NCBI GenBank assembly: GCA_963678045.2
Contig: CAXXCK010000004.1
Span: forward strand, 17,380-81,379
Source of the DNA: Erysipelotrichaceae bacterium
GTDB lineage: Bacteria; Bacillota_I; Bacilli_A; Erysipelotrichales; Erysipelotrichaceae
Direction of reading: 5' to 3'
DNA: 64,000 nt
Below, one piece after another: positions 36,436-45,751 of this stretch (position 1 is its first letter; the number at the start of each line of letters is the position of its first letter). The notes beneath the pieces are model-generated. The model was not told where the DNA came from, did not search any database, and worked only from the letters and a program-made list of their open reading frames with translations. A program made the position numbers and the translations under genes.

Positions 36436-37547
36436 TAAATGATGTCCTTTCGTTTAACGTAAATGATCTTATCGGTTTCTCCGATGAGCTCGACACGATG
36501 GTTGATCTTGGCGAATTTATCGACTACGACGTTTTTGAGATGAACATTCTCATGGATCTTAACGTCGGCCAAGATGACGCAATCTTCGACGACAGCCCCT
36601 TTATGGATCTCGACATCACGTCCGATGACACTGTGTCTGACGGTGCCTTCGATCAGGCAATTGTTGGCTACGACGGAAGAACTGATGTCGGCAGTCGAGG
36701 TATAACGGCTTGGACAAGAGTCATTGGTACGGGTATGAACCGGCCAATCCGGATCAAACAGGGTTTTGGATACGGCATAATCCGTCAACTCCAAGGATAC
36801 CCGATGATATTCTTCCAAGGTATTGATACAAGCGACATAACCTTTGACCGGATAGGCCTGTACATTCATCATCGGCAATTGATCTTTAATGATGTCTCTT
36901 AAGGTGTACAGACTGGAAGTCTGGTTGGCCAAATGAATCAGGTTGATGAAGATTTCTTTGCTCATGACATAGGTCGATAAAGAAATGTGTCTGTTTTTAT
37001 ATTTGCCCTGATTGGTTTCAATGGCGACGACTTTACGCGGCTTATCGATGGACAAGGTCGCAACACGGGCAAAGGAAGTATCCGCATTATCGACGGTTTT
37101 ATACAACATGGTGATGTCGGCTTTGCTTTCGATGTGGCTTTGCAGCACTTCTTCGAAGTTGGCTTTGTAGATCATATAGCTTGGGGCGATGATGACATAG
37201 TCCTGGTTGGTTTCCTCGATGAACTGCATGTTGGCCAGATAGGCTGAGACATCGTGATGATAGATCTCATTGGAGACATTGGCTTCTCCGGTCAGGATAC
37301 GCAGTTTGCCGCTTTTGGAATTGATGTTGTAATGACGGCCGGTCCCAACGTGTTCGATGACTGATCTGGGTTTGGATTTCACATAGACCTGTATGTTGGA
37401 AATGTCGGAATTGGTCATGTTGCTGAGAATGAAGTCGATCAAACGGTAACGGCCTAAAAACGAGACAGCAGGGATGGGACGTGTGTCCGTCAGCCCGGGA
37501 ATTTGAACAAAATCATCGTAACTGACGATGCCAAGTGCGTTACACAT
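36435..37547 (-). CDS. glgD: Glucose-1-phosphate adenylyltransferase regulatory subunit GlgD
   Basis: A GlgC paralogue that lacks the GGxGxRL loop (PAVSFLGRYRLIDFILSN). It lies between glgC and glgA. Confidence 0.85.
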   Translation of the reverse strand: MCNALGIVSYDDFVQIPGLTDTRPIPAVSFLGRYRLIDFILSNMTNSDISNIQVYVKSKPRSVIEHVGTGRHYNINSKSGKLRILTGEANVSNEIYHHDVSAYLANMQFIEETNQDYVIIAPSYMIYKANFEEVLQSHIESKADITMLYKTVDNADTSFARVATLSIDKPRKVVAIETNQGKYKNRHISLSTYVMSKEIFINLIHLANQTSSLYTLRDIIKDQLPMMNVQAYPVKGYVACINTLEEYHRVSLELTDYAVSKTLFDPDWPVHTRTNDSCPSRYTSTADISSSVVANNCLIEGTVRHSVIGRDVEIHKGAVVEDCVILADVKIHENVHLKNVVVDKFAKINHRVELIGETDKIIYVKRKDII

Positions 37548-37549
37548 GG

Positions 37550-38680
37550 TTAGACCCCCTTGATGTCATGGGCGACAAGTTCGATTTCGCCCTTACTGTT
37601 GCCAACGACTGAATTCTCTCCGATAACGATGTTTTCATCGGTGATGATACGCTGGACCTTTGCACCGGATTTGACTTTGGTGAACGGCATCAAAACACTG
37701 TCCGTCACTTCTGCGCCTGCCTCAACGATGACACCGGTGAAGAGCACGGAGTTGGTGACCTTACCGTTGACGACACAGCCTTGATTGATGTAGGCATTGG
37801 AAACTTTGGCTTTGGCTCCAAAAGTTTGAGCCGGTACCGTTTTATCTTCGGTATAGATCTTCCAGCTGGGATCAGCCAGATTCAACTCTTCTGAACGGTA
37901 TAAAAGATCCATGTTGGCTTCCCATAAGGAATCAATGGTCCCGACGTCTTTCCAATAGCCTTTGAATCGATAGGCAAATAATCGTTTGTCCGTATTCAGG
38001 AATCCCGGAATGATATCTTTACCGAAATCATGACTGGAGGATGGATTTTTAACATCCTCGATCAACGCTTTTCTGAGTTGTTTCCAATTGAAGATGTAGA
38101 TCCCCATGGAAGCCAGATTGCTCTTTGGCTGTTTTGGTTTTTCTTCAAATTCGACGATCCGATCGGTTTCATCCGTATTCATGATCCCGAAGCGGCTGGC
38201 TTCTTTTAACGGTACTTCCAAAACGGCGATCGTGGCATCCGCATTATTTTTGTGATGGCAATCCAGCATCTTGGAATAATCCATTTTATAGATGTGATCT
38301 CCTGAAAGGATCAACACGGTTTCCGGATCATACTGATCCAGAAAATCGATGTTTTGTGTGATCGCATCTGCCGTTCCCCGATACAGTCCGAAGCCTTCTA
38401 TTTTTTCGCGCGGAGGCAAAACATAGATGCCTGAGTCCTTCGCATCCAAGCCCCATAAGGACGCTTTGGCCACATAGGAGTTCAGTAAAACAGACTCATA
38501 CTGAGTCAAAACACCCACCACATCGATGCCTGAATTGGCACAGTTGCTTAGCGGAAAATCGATGATACGATATTTCCCTCCGAAATACACTGCCGGTTTA
38601 GCGACCTTATTGGTCAGGTCCAACAATCGAGTTCCTCGACCACCTGCCAAGATCATCGCTACCATATTATTTTGGCGCAT
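37550..38680 (-). CDS. glgC: Glucose-1-phosphate adenylyltransferase
   Basis: [39 protein letters not shown]. Confidence 0.9.
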   Translation of the reverse strand: MRQNNMVAMILAGGRGTRLLDLTNKVAKPAVYFGGKYRIIDFPLSNCANSGIDVVGVLTQYESVLLNSYVAKASLWGLDAKDSGIYVLPPREKIEGFGLYRGTADAITQNIDFLDQYDPETVLILSGDHIYKMDYSKMLDCHHKNNADATIAVLEVPLKEASRFGIMNTDETDRIVEFEEKPKQPKSNLASMGIYIFNWKQLRKALIEDVKNPSSSHDFGKDIIPGFLNTDKRLFAYRFKGYWKDVGTIDSLWEANMDLLYRSEELNLADPSWKIYTEDKTVPAQTFGAKAKVSNAYINQGCVVNGKVTNSVLFTGVIVEAGAEVTDSVLMPFTKVKSGAKVQRIITDENIVIGENSVVGNSKGEIELVAHDIKGV

Positions 38681-38844
38681 AATTAACCCTCCACTTGTAC
38701 CTTTATTATACTTGATTTAGGTGTTTGAAAAGTAAAAAAACAGTGAATAATCACTGTTTCAGAAATTAGAATTGGCACTAAGTCTTACGGCAAAATAAAT
38801 CGATCATAACGACTATACAGCTTGTATTCACACGGGTAAACTGA

Positions 38845-39966
38845 TCACAAAACCGTCAAGCGGCGATAAATGTCTTTAAAGTTGTCGAGTTCAGCCAATA
38901 AGGCCGATACACAGTCAGGATCAAACTGATACCCTGATTGCATCTCGATGTATTCGACGGTCTTATCGATGGTCCAGGCGGGTTTGTAGACACGGTGATT
39001 GGTCAAGGCATCAAAGACATCGATCAGCGACATCATACGCGCTGACAATGGAATGTCTTCCCCTTTTAATCCATCCGGATACCCGCTGCCGTCAAAGTGT
39101 TCATGGTGGTAGCGGACGATGTTCATGGCTTCTTTGAAGAATTCCATCGGGATGGAATCCCCGCTGGAATTCAGCAGATCTTTCAACACCGAGTTTTCTA
39201 CGGCTCTTTGGATCGAACGGTAACCGATCATGACATGTTCTTTCATCAGGTCAAATTCTTCTGTTGTCAAAATACCGGGTTTCAACAGGATCTGATCTGA
39301 AATACCGACTTTACCGATGTCATGCAGCGGACAGGCTTTAACGATACGGTCAATGAAAGCCTCTGTGATGAGTTCCTCATACTTCGGATTCATGGCCATA
39401 CGGCGGGCCAATCGTTCCATATACGCTCGGGCACGGGTGATATGATGGGCTGTTTCTTCATCACGGGTTTCAACAAGCTGGGTCACGATGTCCATCGTAA
39501 TGTCGAAAACCAACTGATTCTCACGGAAGCGTTTGGCAACTTCCTTTTCAAGGTACGTGTTTTCGCGTTTCAAGGCATCGCGGGCAACTTTCAGTTCCAG
39601 TTGGACTCTGACTCTTGCCAAGATGATTTCAGAGTGGAAGGGTTTAGAAATGAAATCGACTGCCCCTTTCATGAGCCCTTTTTCTTCATCCTGGATCGTA
39701 TCCAGAATGGTAATGAATATGACGGGGATGTCTTTGTTTTTTCGGTTCTCGTAAAGGCGGTCAATGACGTCAAATCCGCTCAGATCAGGCATGTTGATGT
39801 CCAGTAAAATAAGGTCCGGTTTTTTACCGGCTTCGATCTGTTTTAATGCCTCGATCCCAGACTTAAAAACACTGACGGTATAGTACGGTTTCAGTATTTC
39901 ACTCAGGACTGAGATATTGACGACTTCGTCGTCGATAATCATAATTTCATTTTTCTTGTCTAACAT
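38845..39966 (-). CDS. Response regulator with HD-GYP output domain
   Basis: REC domain (IIDDE...LLDINMPDLSGF) plus HDIGK...HHEHFDGSGYPDGL. Confidence 0.8.
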   Translation of the reverse strand: MLDKKNEIMIIDDEVVNISVLSEILKPYYTVSVFKSGIEALKQIEAGKKPDLILLDINMPDLSGFDVIDRLYENRKNKDIPVIFITILDTIQDEEKGLMKGAVDFISKPFHSEIILARVRVQLELKVARDALKRENTYLEKEVAKRFRENQLVFDITMDIVTQLVETRDEETAHHITRARAYMERLARRMAMNPKYEELITEAFIDRIVKACPLHDIGKVGISDQILLKPGILTTEEFDLMKEHVMIGYRSIQRAVENSVLKDLLNSSGDSIPMEFFKEAMNIVRYHHEHFDGSGYPDGLKGEDIPLSARMMSLIDVFDALTNHRVYKPAWTIDKTVEYIEMQSGYQFDPDCVSALLAELDNFKDIYRRLTVL

Positions 39967-40085
39967 AAGTCACCTTTTCCTTATTATACACCAGACTGGC
40001 AAAGCAATCCGCATTTTGTGAACTTACCTTTACATCTCAGGGGATAACCGATACAATAAGGTTACGCATATAGCGTATATAAACC

Positions 40086-41312
40086 ATGCCAAAACGAAAC
40101 AAGACCGACTTTAATACACTTTTAGCCAATGCCTTAACCGAAACCGAAAACCTCGGTCTTTTAAAAGCCCCTGAACAAGGCATCCGGCTTTATCAGCTGG
40201 TTGCGGTCATTTCAAAGATCATGCTGAAATCATCCTATGAAGGACTGCCTCAAGCCTTTGACCGGAGCTTAAAATACATCGGAGAATTTTTGGATGTTGA
40301 TCGGGTCTATATCTTTACGCTTAGCCCTGACGGCAAAAAAATGAACAATGATTATGAATGGTGTAATGAAGGCGTGGAACCGGCCATCGAGATGCTTCAG
40401 GATCTGGATGTCAACATATTCCCGTGGTGGATCCAACAGCTCAAGCAGGAACAGATCATTCAGATTGAAGATGTGAACGGGATGGATGACAATCAGCTGG
40501 CGGAACGTGAGATCCTGCAGGCTCAGGGCATCCGTTCGGTTTTGGTCGTCCCCTTGTTTCTTGAACATCAGCTCAACGGCTTTTTGGGCTTTGACTATGT
40601 CAGACTGATGAAAAAATGGACAACCGAAGAAATAAACAGTCTGGTCTTCCTCAGCGATATCTTCAGTTCTTCATACAGAAGACAAAAACAGGAAACCAAG
40701 ATCCGGGACTCCGTGATTCAATTGGAACGCCTCTTGAATCAAACCGTGGAATCCTTTGGAACCATCATCGGGATCAATGATCCCTATACCGTCAATCATC
40801 AGGTCCGTGTCTCTCAGCTGGTCGTTGCCATCGGGAAGCAGCTCAACCTTGATCCGCAAGTCATTGAAGGGATCAAACTGGCTGCCATGATGCATGATGT
40901 CGGGGTCATACATTTCCCCAGTCAGATCATCAACAAGACCAGTGCCCTTACTGATAAACAATATGCCTTGATCAAAACTCATCCCTTGCGCGGTTATGAG
41001 ATCGTCTGTAAGATCGACTTTCAACAGCCTGTTGCCCAAATCATCCTCCAACACCATGAAAAACTCGATGGGAGCGGTTATCCTTACGGACTAAAAGGGG
41101 ATGAGATTCTGCTTCAGGCCAAGATCCTGAGTGTGTGCGATACCTATGAAGCCATGGTTTCTGATCGGCCCTGGCGCAAGTCCCACAGTTCTGAGTTTGC
41201 CTTGAATTATCTGAAAGAAAACAGCGCAACGCTGTTTGACCCCAAGGTCGTAGAAGCCTGCGTGACCTTGGTCAACGAAAAAGGCTTTGTTTTCTGGGAA
41301 ATCGAAGATTAA
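40086..41312 (+). CDS. GAF-domain HD-GYP phosphohydrolase
   Basis: GAF-like N-terminus (VDRVYIFTLSPDGKKMNNDYEW...RSVLVVPLF) plus MHDVG...HHEKLDGSGYPYGL. Confidence 0.75.
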   Translation: MPKRNKTDFNTLLANALTETENLGLLKAPEQGIRLYQLVAVISKIMLKSSYEGLPQAFDRSLKYIGEFLDVDRVYIFTLSPDGKKMNNDYEWCNEGVEPAIEMLQDLDVNIFPWWIQQLKQEQIIQIEDVNGMDDNQLAEREILQAQGIRSVLVVPLFLEHQLNGFLGFDYVRLMKKWTTEEINSLVFLSDIFSSSYRRQKQETKIRDSVIQLERLLNQTVESFGTIIGINDPYTVNHQVRVSQLVVAIGKQLNLDPQVIEGIKLAAMMHDVGVIHFPSQIINKTSALTDKQYALIKTHPLRGYEIVCKIDFQQPVAQIILQHHEKLDGSGYPYGLKGDEILLQAKILSVCDTYEAMVSDRPWRKSHSSEFALNYLKENSATLFDPKVVEACVTLVNEKGFVFWEIED

Positions 41313-41314
41313 AT

Positions 41315-41344
41315 AAAAATGAGACGTATTGGTCTCATTTTTTT
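41315..41344. terminator. Bidirectional terminator between convergent genes
   Basis: ATGAGAC (41319..41325) pairs with GTCTCAT (41332..41338), with an A run before and a T run after. Confidence 0.6.
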
Positions 41345-41352
41345 GATCCTGA

Positions 41353-41832
41353 TCAGGCTTTTGTATCCTGATGTCTTTTTCCTGTATAGTCAGACACAAC
41401 GATCTTCCAGACCGTGACCGCTGCAGCTTCCTTGTCGTCAAAACTGAAGTCTTTCCCGGTCTGATGTTTCATCAAGATCCGTAAGCCGTCTTTTTTTTCT
41501 TGAAGATCAGAAACGATGAGGGCGGATCCTTTACCGATGATGCTGTCGAAGGCAAAACCGTAAGCGCAGGCTTGATCCGCTTCGATGAGCCGATGTTGGC
41601 CATCCATCTCAAAGGCAACTTGATCGTCTTTTTGGATGGCACTCAACTTACGTCCGCTTTTCGCCGAATGAAAATACAAGATCAGTTGATCTTCTTGAAA
41701 CTCATAACCAAAATTCAACGGGACGATATAAAGTCCTTGTTCGTCCTTTAAGGCTATTCGACAGATCTTGCACGCACTGAGGATGCTGATGAGTTCTGCA
41801 CGATCAGTCACTTCACGTTCTTTTCTTCTCAT
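41353..41832 (-). CDS. Pyridoxamine 5'-phosphate oxidase-family (split-barrel flavin-binding) protein
   Basis: MRRKEREVTDRAELISIL..CKICRIAL...LYIVPLNFGY is typical of the PNPOx/Nim-like family. Confidence 0.7.
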   Translation of the reverse strand: MRRKEREVTDRAELISILSACKICRIALKDEQGLYIVPLNFGYEFQEDQLILYFHSAKSGRKLSAIQKDDQVAFEMDGQHRLIEADQACAYGFAFDSIIGKGSALIVSDLQEKKDGLRILMKHQTGKDFSFDDKEAAAVTVWKIVVSDYTGKRHQDTKA

Positions 41833-42653
41833 GGTTTACCTTGACGCATGAGGCGTCTCAAACTTTGACTGATGAAATAGGCCAAAAACGTATTCAGGAC
41901 GACCGAGAAACTGGCTTTGACGCTGCGGATGATGACTTGGATCTCAACGGGGATCCCATAAAGCTGATTGATCCAGATCGGGGTCAAAATCACATTGATC
42001 AATATCTCGATCAGAATGACGGATAAAAGCCAGGATAAAAAGAGGGTCTGTTCAAGGACTTTGTGTTTCATGGATCGATAGACAAGATACGTGATCGGCA
42101 AAATGGCCAAGGTAAGTGCGATCAAAACCGCTTTGACCGGCCAAGTCAAGGCATAGGTGACTTGTTGGGCACTCACGGAATCGGTGTTCAAGATAAACAG
42201 GATGCTGGCCCCATAGAGTAGGGTGACACAGGTGATGATGAGTGGTTTCAATCGTCGCGGATGTCTATTGGCCATCAGGAAAATCACCCCGGGAATGATC
42301 CCAAGCAGCGCTTTGTTGAGGGTAAATCCGATGTAAGGCGAGGCAATCGTTCCGCTGGCCAATTCCAGCAGATCTTCAAGGACCCCGGCAACCATGCCCC
42401 ACCACGGTCCAAACAAGGCCCCGGAAATCATGATCGGCAGTTGAGAAAAACCAAACTTCAGCGAAGGAAACCCAAACAAGGGGATAAAGACAGAAAGATA
42501 AGCGGCTAAAACCATCGACAATAAACTCAGGAAACTGACGATGACCATCGTTTTGAGTTCAAAACGGGTCTTGGTGCTCACATGAACAACAACGATCAAG
42601 GCAACCAAAGCCAGACAAATCATGATGATGTATTGCAGATTGGCAGTGTTCAT
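41829..42653 (-). CDS. folT: ECF-transporter S component, folate family-like
   Basis: Six TM helices and the motif FGFSQLPIMISGALFGPWWGMVAGVLEDLL. It overlaps folC by 4 nt. Confidence 0.6.
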   Translation of the reverse strand: MNTANLQYIIMICLALVALIVVVHVSTKTRFELKTMVIVSFLSLLSMVLAAYLSVFIPLFGFPSLKFGFSQLPIMISGALFGPWWGMVAGVLEDLLELASGTIASPYIGFTLNKALLGIIPGVIFLMANRHPRRLKPLIITCVTLLYGASILFILNTDSVSAQQVTYALTWPVKAVLIALTLAILPITYLVYRSMKHKVLEQTLFLSWLLSVILIEILINVILTPIWINQLYGIPVEIQVIIRSVKASFSVVLNTFLAYFISQSLRRLMRQGKP

Positions 42654-43906
42654 AATGTCCTCTTGAGGAGTTCAGGCAGGATCTGCTGTCTGACCGCGGA
42701 TATGAAGTATAACGAACCGGTAATCAGTAAACTGCCGCCTCGGGATCGTTCTATGCCCTGTTGAATGGCCTTTTTGGGATCCTTGATCTTTTCGACCGGG
42801 AATCCTTTGGCCATCAGATCGACTTTGGATGCCCGATAGAAATCAAATTCCGTGACGATCAGGTGTGAGGTCACATCCAGCAACCCATGGATCATCTTAT
42901 CAGTCTCCTTATCTTTTAGAGCACTGAAGACGACAAAGATCGGTTTGGGCAAATGCTTGGCACTTTCTTTGAGTGCCGCGATCCCATGGGGATTATGAGC
43001 TCCGTCCAGGATGATCAGCGGATCATCGCTTACTTTTTCGAAACGGCCTTTCCAATGGGCATCCACCAAGCCTGATACGATGGCGTCATCCGCGATCGCA
43101 AAGCCCAGTGTTCTTAAATAGAGCACTGCTTCAATGGCCAGGGCTGAGTTCTTCACTTGATATAGTGCCAAAGTATCCAGTTGGATCTTTAGGCCGTTGT
43201 AGGTATAGGTGACTGAGTCCTCGATCTGAATGGCTTTGATTTTGGACAGACTGATCATCGGGCACTCTAGTCTTGTGCAGAACTCGGTAAAGACAGCCAG
43301 ACAGACCTTTTTGGGTTCAGCCGTCAATAAAGGCACTTTGGGTTTGATGATGCCTGCCTTTTCAGCGGCGATGAGCTTTAATGATTTACCCAACAGTTCC
43401 ATGTGGTCAAAGCCGATGGTGGTGATGATTGAAAGCAGCGGGGTCACGATGTTGGTGGCATCGAGTCTGCCGCCCAAACCGACTTCATACAAGGCAAAAT
43501 CGACTTGTTGTTCTTTAAAGTAGATGACCGCAAAAAGCATGTCGATCTCAAACATCGACAGATTATTGGTTTCAATGAATTCGTAGAAACGATTTGCATA
43601 ACTCAGCAATTGTTCATCACTGATGTACACATCGTTGATGCGGATACGGTCGTTGTGGACGATAAGGTGCGGGGAGGTAAAAGTTCCGACTTGATACCCC
43701 GCATTCTGCAGGATGCTTCTGAGGTAATTGGTGGTGGATCCTTTACCGTTGGTCCCGGCGATATGGATGCACGGGATGTCATTTTGAGGATTGCCCAAAC
43801 TGTCCATTGCCTTTTTAAAGTGCTCGAATCCAAAACGGCCTTTGGCCATCCGGGCTTCTGAATAGGCGATGAATTCTGCGATGTGAGTAAAGGTCATAGG
43901 CACCAC
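42650..43906 (-). CDS. folC: Folylpolyglutamate synthase / dihydrofolate synthase
   Basis: IHIAGTNGKGST...VGLGGRLDATN...DGAHNPHG. Confidence 0.85.
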   Translation of the reverse strand: MVPMTFTHIAEFIAYSEARMAKGRFGFEHFKKAMDSLGNPQNDIPCIHIAGTNGKGSTTNYLRSILQNAGYQVGTFTSPHLIVHNDRIRINDVYISDEQLLSYANRFYEFIETNNLSMFEIDMLFAVIYFKEQQVDFALYEVGLGGRLDATNIVTPLLSIITTIGFDHMELLGKSLKLIAAEKAGIIKPKVPLLTAEPKKVCLAVFTEFCTRLECPMISLSKIKAIQIEDSVTYTYNGLKIQLDTLALYQVKNSALAIEAVLYLRTLGFAIADDAIVSGLVDAHWKGRFEKVSDDPLIILDGAHNPHGIAALKESAKHLPKPIFVVFSALKDKETDKMIHGLLDVTSHLIVTEFDFYRASKVDLMAKGFPVEKIKDPKKAIQQGIERSRGGSLLITGSLYFISAVRQQILPELLKRTL

Positions 43907-44544
43907 ACGATTTCTTTCCTGCCGTTTTTTTTCAAAAAGGCATTGGCTTGTGAGAAAGGTTTTGAACCGAAAAAGCCGCGATAGACAGATAAGGGAGAAG
44001 GATGAGGCGCAAACAGGATCAGATGTTTGGGGTCAGTAATCAAGGCTGCCTTGGCTTGGGCGGTTTTACCCCACAACAGGAAGACACAGGGTTCAGGATG
44101 GGCATTGGCCGTGCTAAGGATCGTATCCGTGAAGATTTCCCAGCCTTTGTTTTGGTGAGAAAGCGGCTTGTTGACTTCTACGGTCAAGACGGTATTCAAA
44201 AGCAGAACGCCTTGTTTGGCCCAAGGAATAAGGGATCCCGATGACGGCGGCGGACAGCCAAGATCATCACAGAGTTCTTTAAAGATATTTTGAAGGCTGG
44301 GCGGATAAGCGACTCCCGGATTCACCGAAAAACTTAAACCATGGGCCTGATGGGGCTGATGGTAGGGATCTTGTCCGATCAGAATGACCTTGAGGTCTTG
44401 ATAATCAAAATAGGAAAAGGCATTGAAGACCTGTTCTTTAGGGGGATAGACCGTGGTATTTTGATAGGCCTGCTTCAGAAATTCAGAAAGTGATTTGAAG
44501 TAAGGCTGTTCAAATTGTTGGGTAATCAGATCGTGCCAGTTCAT
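43894..44544 (-). CDS. ung: Uracil-DNA glycosylase
   Basis: VILIGQDPYHQPHQAHGLSFSV...LLLNTVLTV...HPSPLS. I moved the start to ATG 44544 (MNWHDLI), 1 nt after the MFS stop. Confidence 0.9.
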   Translation of the reverse strand: MNWHDLITQQFEQPYFKSLSEFLKQAYQNTTVYPPKEQVFNAFSYFDYQDLKVILIGQDPYHQPHQAHGLSFSVNPGVAYPPSLQNIFKELCDDLGCPPPSSGSLIPWAKQGVLLLNTVLTVEVNKPLSHQNKGWEIFTDTILSTANAHPEPCVFLLWGKTAQAKAALITDPKHLILFAPHPSPLSVYRGFFGSKPFSQANAFLKKNGRKEIVWCL

Positions 44545-44545
44545 G

Positions 44546-45751
44546 TCAGGCCCTTTTAAACTGATCTCTTTTGGAATGATAATGATTGGCGTACAGAACC
44601 AGGATCGGTGCAAAAATAGCAGAGGCAAAAACTGCCACGATCATATACAGGTTCTCCGGCAAGAGTCGGTATGCGATGACGATGAAAGCCATCCCAGTCA
44701 AGCGTCCAACATTCAGCATCACTTCTTTGATGATCATGTGGCCGTAAACCGATCCGGTTTCCATATAGTCCTGCATGGCATTCATGACGATGATGGAGTA
44801 AGGATTGATGAAAAACGGGGCTGCTAAGGCATTGACGGTCCCATAAATCAAAGCCCCGACCAAATTGGGACTCAGTACCAAAACCATCGCTGCCCCAAAC
44901 AAGGCAAAAGCGCCATAGGTATACAGAGCCATCCGATTGTCTCGTTTTTGGATCTTGCGCACGATGGTCGAACCAACGATACCCAAAATAGAAAAGACGA
45001 TCAACAAGGTCGAATACAAGGACCCGGCTGAACCCAAGGCATTATAAAGCAACAGACCCATGATGACCAGAGTCGCAGAATCACGGATCCCAAACAACAA
45101 GTGTGAGGTCATCATGTAGCGCCACTGGGCATCGTTTCTGATTTTGAATTTATCCAATAGCGTATACGGATTCTTGTTGGCGGAAACTGTGATCTTGGAA
45201 GAGAGCCAGGCCGTAATGGTATGCAGAATGATGACCAGCTGAAAAATCAAAAGATACCCTTGGGTATCCGTTTTGGAGAAACTGACGATAATGGCGGCGA
45301 TCGTAGGCGCCAAGACGGTAGAAACGGCGTTGGTGATGCTCATGGTGGTCACGAATTTGGCACGGGTCTTCTTCTCGGAGACAGCCAGGGACAAATTGTT
45401 GGCTGAAAACCAATAGAGACCTTCTCCGGTCCCAAAGGCGACCCCGATCAAATGGATATAGTAATAATGCGTACTAAACAAACCGTTAAAGGTCAGTAAG
45501 AAGCCCAGGGTCCCGATGATGATCAACAAACCGATGGTCAACGAAGTTGCCAAACGTGTCCGACGGCTAAGATAACCGCCCAATAAAAATCCCAATGGAA
45601 AAAAACCGAAACGGACCATCGCATAAATGGTCATTTCTACCAGTGAACCGGTAAAGGCATACAAATAGACATTCACAAAAACACTGCTCATCGTGCTCGA
45701 CAAGAAGTAGAGCGCATTGACGATCAAGAGCGTTTTTTCATTTTTGGTCAT
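44546..45751 (-). CDS. MFS transporter (12 TM)
   Basis: Twelve hydrophobic segments with MFS-like loops. The start overlaps the upstream SBP-like gene's stop (ATGA). Confidence 0.8.
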   Translation of the reverse strand: MTKNEKTLLIVNALYFLSSTMSSVFVNVYLYAFTGSLVEMTIYAMVRFGFFPLGFLLGGYLSRRTRLATSLTIGLLIIIGTLGFLLTFNGLFSTHYYYIHLIGVAFGTGEGLYWFSANNLSLAVSEKKTRAKFVTTMSITNAVSTVLAPTIAAIIVSFSKTDTQGYLLIFQLVIILHTITAWLSSKITVSANKNPYTLLDKFKIRNDAQWRYMMTSHLLFGIRDSATLVIMGLLLYNALGSAGSLYSTLLIVFSILGIVGSTIVRKIQKRDNRMALYTYGAFALFGAAMVLVLSPNLVGALIYGTVNALAAPFFINPYSIIVMNAMQDYMETGSVYGHMIIKEVMLNVGRLTGMAFIVIAYRLLPENLYMIVAVFASAIFAPILVLYANHYHSKRDQFKRA

